In this document: piece by piece, positions 25,860-28,666 of the stretch
How the letters are laid out: each line of letters opens with the position of its first letter
Position numbering within the stretch: position 1 is the stretch's first letter
From: Nitrospinota bacterium
GTDB lineage: Bacteria > UBA8248
Direction of reading: 5' to 3'
DNA length: 28,666 nt
NCBI GenBank assembly: GCA_046581755.1
Contig: JAYGFR010000144.1
Location: forward strand, 1 to 28,666
Notes under the pieces: generated by a model
Databases searched by the model: none
Told to the model about the DNA's origin: nothing
The model's input: the letters and a program-made list of their open reading frames with translations, nothing else
Program-made: the position numbers and the translations under genes

Positions 25860-26846
25860 ATGGAAAAGGCTGATCGCAGAAGCAAATTCATGCTGGGTGG
25901 GTTCCTCGTAATCGCCTACACCCTGCCGTTCGGCATCGGCATATACACCGATAATGTATTCTTCACCCGGCAATGGCTCCTGGACCTGACCACGGTTGTT
26001 TTGAACGGGTTCATGCAGGGCGGCGTTTACGCGATGTTCGCCGTGGGCCTGACGATGATCTTCGGCGTCATGCGCATTATCAACGTGGCGCACGGCGAGA
26101 TGGTTATGCTGGGGGCCTATCTGAGCTGGGCTTCGTTTTTCTGGATGGGCTTCGATCCCCTGGCTGCCATGTTTTTCACCCTGCCCATCGCATTCGGCTT
26201 GGGATGGATGATTCAGAAATTCCTCCTGAACGCCGTGGTCGGGGGGCCCGAGCTGACGCCGCTGCTGATGACCTTCGGCCTCGGCCTCTCCATGATCTAT
26301 GGGGTCGAGTTGATTTTCACGACCGACTTCCGGACCATCCCCTACGCTCCCGACTCCTTTCAAATCGCCGAGTCGATCGTGGTCGGGAGGAGCCGCCTGA
26401 TCAGCTTTGGGATGGCGTTGGTGATCTCCGTCGGCGTCTTCATGTTCCTGAAGGTCCACCGGCTTGGAAAGGCCATCCGGGCCACGGCGCAGAACGCCGA
26501 TGTCGCCATGGTGTGCGGGATCAATATTTACAACATCTATATGATCACCTCGGGAATCGCGGCCGCGCTTGCCGTCGCGGGCGGGGCGCTGGTATCGATT
26601 CAGTTCGGCTTCAATCCCGAGACCGGGATCATCTACACTCTCCAGGCCTTCGCCATCATCGTACTCGGAGGGCGCGGCCACTTTATCGGGGCCATGATCG
26701 GCGGAGTGATGTTGGCCGTTATGGAAAGTCTCATATCCTTCATGCTTCCGAACGGAACGGCGCTGGTCGAAATCGCGGCCTACGGCCTCATGATTTTCGT
26801 GCTGTTGATTCGCCCGCAAGGCCTGATGGGCGCAAAAGAACTCTAG
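25860..26846 (+). CDS. livH: Branched-chain amino acid ABC transporter permease
   Basis: AVGLTMIFGVMRIINVAHGE, GKAIRATAQN, VLGG, RPQGL; start approximate. Confidence 0.88.
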   Translation: MEKADRRSKFMLGGFLVIAYTLPFGIGIYTDNVFFTRQWLLDLTTVVLNGFMQGGVYAMFAVGLTMIFGVMRIINVAHGEMVMLGAYLSWASFFWMGFDPLAAMFFTLPIAFGLGWMIQKFLLNAVVGGPELTPLLMTFGLGLSMIYGVELIFTTDFRTIPYAPDSFQIAESIVVGRSRLISFGMALVISVGVFMFLKVHRLGKAIRATAQNADVAMVCGINIYNIYMITSGIAAALAVAGGALVSIQFGFNPETGIIYTLQAFAIIVLGGRGHFIGAMIGGVMLAVMESLISFMLPNGTALVEIAAYGLMIFVLLIRPQGLMGAKEL

Positions 26847-26858
26847 CGGAGAGAGTCA

Positions 26859-27797
26859 GTGAGCAAAAAGGACAATTTGCGAAATCTCGGATTCCTGGCC
26901 GGCGGGATCGTTCTGCTTTTGTTCGTTCCGCCGATCTTTTCCATCTATGTTCGCTCATTCTTCATGTTCATGATGATGTATGTGATTCTCTCCCTGAGCT
27001 GGAACATCATCAGCGGCTACACGGGTTACATCAACTTCGGCCATGTCATCTTCTACGGCGTCGGCTCCTACGCCACCGCGATACTGGTTGTTGACTACGG
27101 ATGGCACTGGATACCGTCCCTATTCGCGGCCGCGGTGGCCGGTTTTATTTTCGCCATCGTGCTCGGGTATCCCGTTCTGCGCCTGAAAGGCCCCTATTTC
27201 GCCATCGCCATGCTCGGCGCCTCCGAGGGGATCCGCGTCATTGCCATCAATTGGCATAGCTTGACCCACGGCGCCGACGGAATCTCTTTTCCCAATGTCG
27301 AGAACTCTTGGGAGACCTACCATGCGATGATGGTGGTGATGATCGCCACCATCATCGTTTCCTACTGGGTGGGCCATTCGAGATTCGGCATTCGCCTCAA
27401 CGCCATACGCGAGGACGAGGTCGCGGCGGAATCCCTGGGCATCAACACCACATTCTACAAACTGGCTGCCTTCGGGCTCTCGGCGGTATTTGCGGCCATG
27501 GCGGGCGGAATTCAGGGCTACAAAACCCTGTACCTCGAGCCGGAATCGGAATTCTTTATTTTAATCACCATCTATATGAAGCTGTTCGCCATGTTCGGCG
27601 GGAAGGGCACCGTGATTGGCCCGATATTGGGCGCGGCCCTTCTCTACTCCGTTCAGGAGTACACCTGGATCCGTTTCCCGACGGCCCATCTCATCACCTT
27701 TGGAATATTCATCATCCTCGTCGCCCGGTTCATGCCGCGCGGGCTCATGGGGTACGCAATAGACAAGGGCTGGGCCCGGAAGGGGATGGTTCACTAA
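26859..27797 (+). CDS. livM: Branched-chain amino acid ABC transporter permease
   Basis: SWNIISGYTGYINFGH, RLKGPYFAI, AIREDEVAAESLG, GGKGTVIGP, PRGL. Confidence 0.9.
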   Translation: MSKKDNLRNLGFLAGGIVLLLFVPPIFSIYVRSFFMFMMMYVILSLSWNIISGYTGYINFGHVIFYGVGSYATAILVVDYGWHWIPSLFAAAVAGFIFAIVLGYPVLRLKGPYFAIAMLGASEGIRVIAINWHSLTHGADGISFPNVENSWETYHAMMVVMIATIIVSYWVGHSRFGIRLNAIREDEVAAESLGINTTFYKLAAFGLSAVFAAMAGGIQGYKTLYLEPESEFFILITIYMKLFAMFGGKGTVIGPILGAALLYSVQEYTWIRFPTAHLITFGIFIILVARFMPRGLMGYAIDKGWARKGMVH

Positions 27798-27820
27798 AGA
27801 GCCATACAAAAAAGAGACAA

Positions 27821-28549
27821 ATGCCTGAAACGGATGAAATCGCTCTCACTGTCAAGAATTTAAAAAAGCACTTCGGCGGCATCAAGGCCGTCGATGGGTG
27901 CAGCTTCGAAATTCCCAAAGGAAAAATTTCGGGCTTGATCGGACCCAACGGCTCCGGGAAAACCACGACCTTCAACCTGATGACGGGCGTGCTCGAGGCG
28001 GACAGCGGCGAGGTCATATACAACGGGGAGAATATCGTCAATCTGCGGCCCTACCGCATTTTCAACAAAGGCATCAGCCGGACCTTCCAGATCACGCGCA
28101 TCTACCGCGAGATGACGGTTTTCGAAAACATGCTCTCGGTCTCAAGCTTGCGCGTGCCCGAGAGAGAGGCGCGCGCCATGGCCGAACACCTCATGGAATT
28201 CGTCACCCTGACGAATCTTCGCGGGGAGTACGGCGGGAACCTTTCCTACGGGCAGCAAAAGCTCCTCGAATTCGCGCGCGCGCTGATGACCGACCCGGAC
28301 ATCATTCTCCTGGACGAGCCCGCCGCCGGCGTCAACCGGACGCTCCTCAAGTCTCTTCTCGAGCACATCCATTTCCTCCAGGAGGAGGAGGGAAAAACCA
28401 TCCTCATCGTCGAACACGATATGAACGTCATCATGAATCACTGCGAGAAAATCTTCGTGTTGGACTACGGGGTGAAAATCGCCGAAGGCCCACCCGAGGA
28501 AATCCAGAACAACGAGAATGTCATCGAAGCATATTTCGGGCGAAAATAA
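27821..28549 (+). CDS. livG: Branched-chain amino acid ABC transporter ATP-binding protein
   Basis: FGGIKAV, GPNGSGKTT, RTFQ, LSYGQQK, LLDEP, VEHDM, AYFG. Confidence 0.92.
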   Translation: MPETDEIALTVKNLKKHFGGIKAVDGCSFEIPKGKISGLIGPNGSGKTTTFNLMTGVLEADSGEVIYNGENIVNLRPYRIFNKGISRTFQITRIYREMTVFENMLSVSSLRVPEREARAMAEHLMEFVTLTNLRGEYGGNLSYGQQKLLEFARALMTDPDIILLDEPAAGVNRTLLKSLLEHIHFLQEEEGKTILIVEHDMNVIMNHCEKIFVLDYGVKIAEGPPEEIQNNENVIEAYFGRK

Positions 28550-28666
28550 ATGAGCTTACTGGAACTGAAAAGTATTGATGCGGGCTACGGCCGCATCCAG
28601 ATTCTCCACGACGTTTCTCTCGATGTGAACGAGGGCGAGGTGGTTTGCGTCATCGGTCCCAACGGC
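28550..28666 (+). CDS. livF: Branched-chain amino acid ABC transporter ATP-binding protein, 5' part only
   Basis: ATG 28550 right after the livG stop: MSLLELKSIDAGYGRIQILHDVSLDVNEGEVVCVIGPNG; truncated by the window end. Confidence 0.88.
   Translation, partial: MSLLELKSIDAGYGRIQILHDVSLDVNEGEVVCVIGPNG

Overview
GC-rich bacterial chromosomal window, mostly housekeeping and transport genes. These are class II ribonucleotide reductase nrdJ with NrdR boxes, two tandem GDP-sugar dehydratase/reductase paralogs, lpdA, a class IV aminotransferase, a FadF-like Fe-S membrane oxidoreductase, an orphan B12-binding mutase subunit, TPR and diheme cytochrome lipoproteins, dppABC, dacB, recJ, a MidA-type methyltransferase, moaD-moaE and a liv-type ABC operon cut by the window end. 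The unusual content is concentrated in a few places. (1) Between the nrdJ stop and the tRNA-Ala promoter (586-870) is a three-unit array of two-hairpin modules with compensatory stem changes, exactly conserved geometry and an invariant 15-mer; I cannot assign it to any known family. (2) The first 290 nt encode an FGE-sulfatase/C-type-lectin C-terminus whose codons look like an adenine-mutagenised DGR variable region, next to the tRNA-Ala(CGC) 3' end and possible integrase arm repeats. (3) An exported AhpC/TSA-like selenoprotein (UxxC, in-frame UGA plus SECIS-like hairpin) is missed by the ORF track. (4) A lipoprotein gene is split by a frameshift in a G-run. No database searches were run; all family assignments come from motif recognition.
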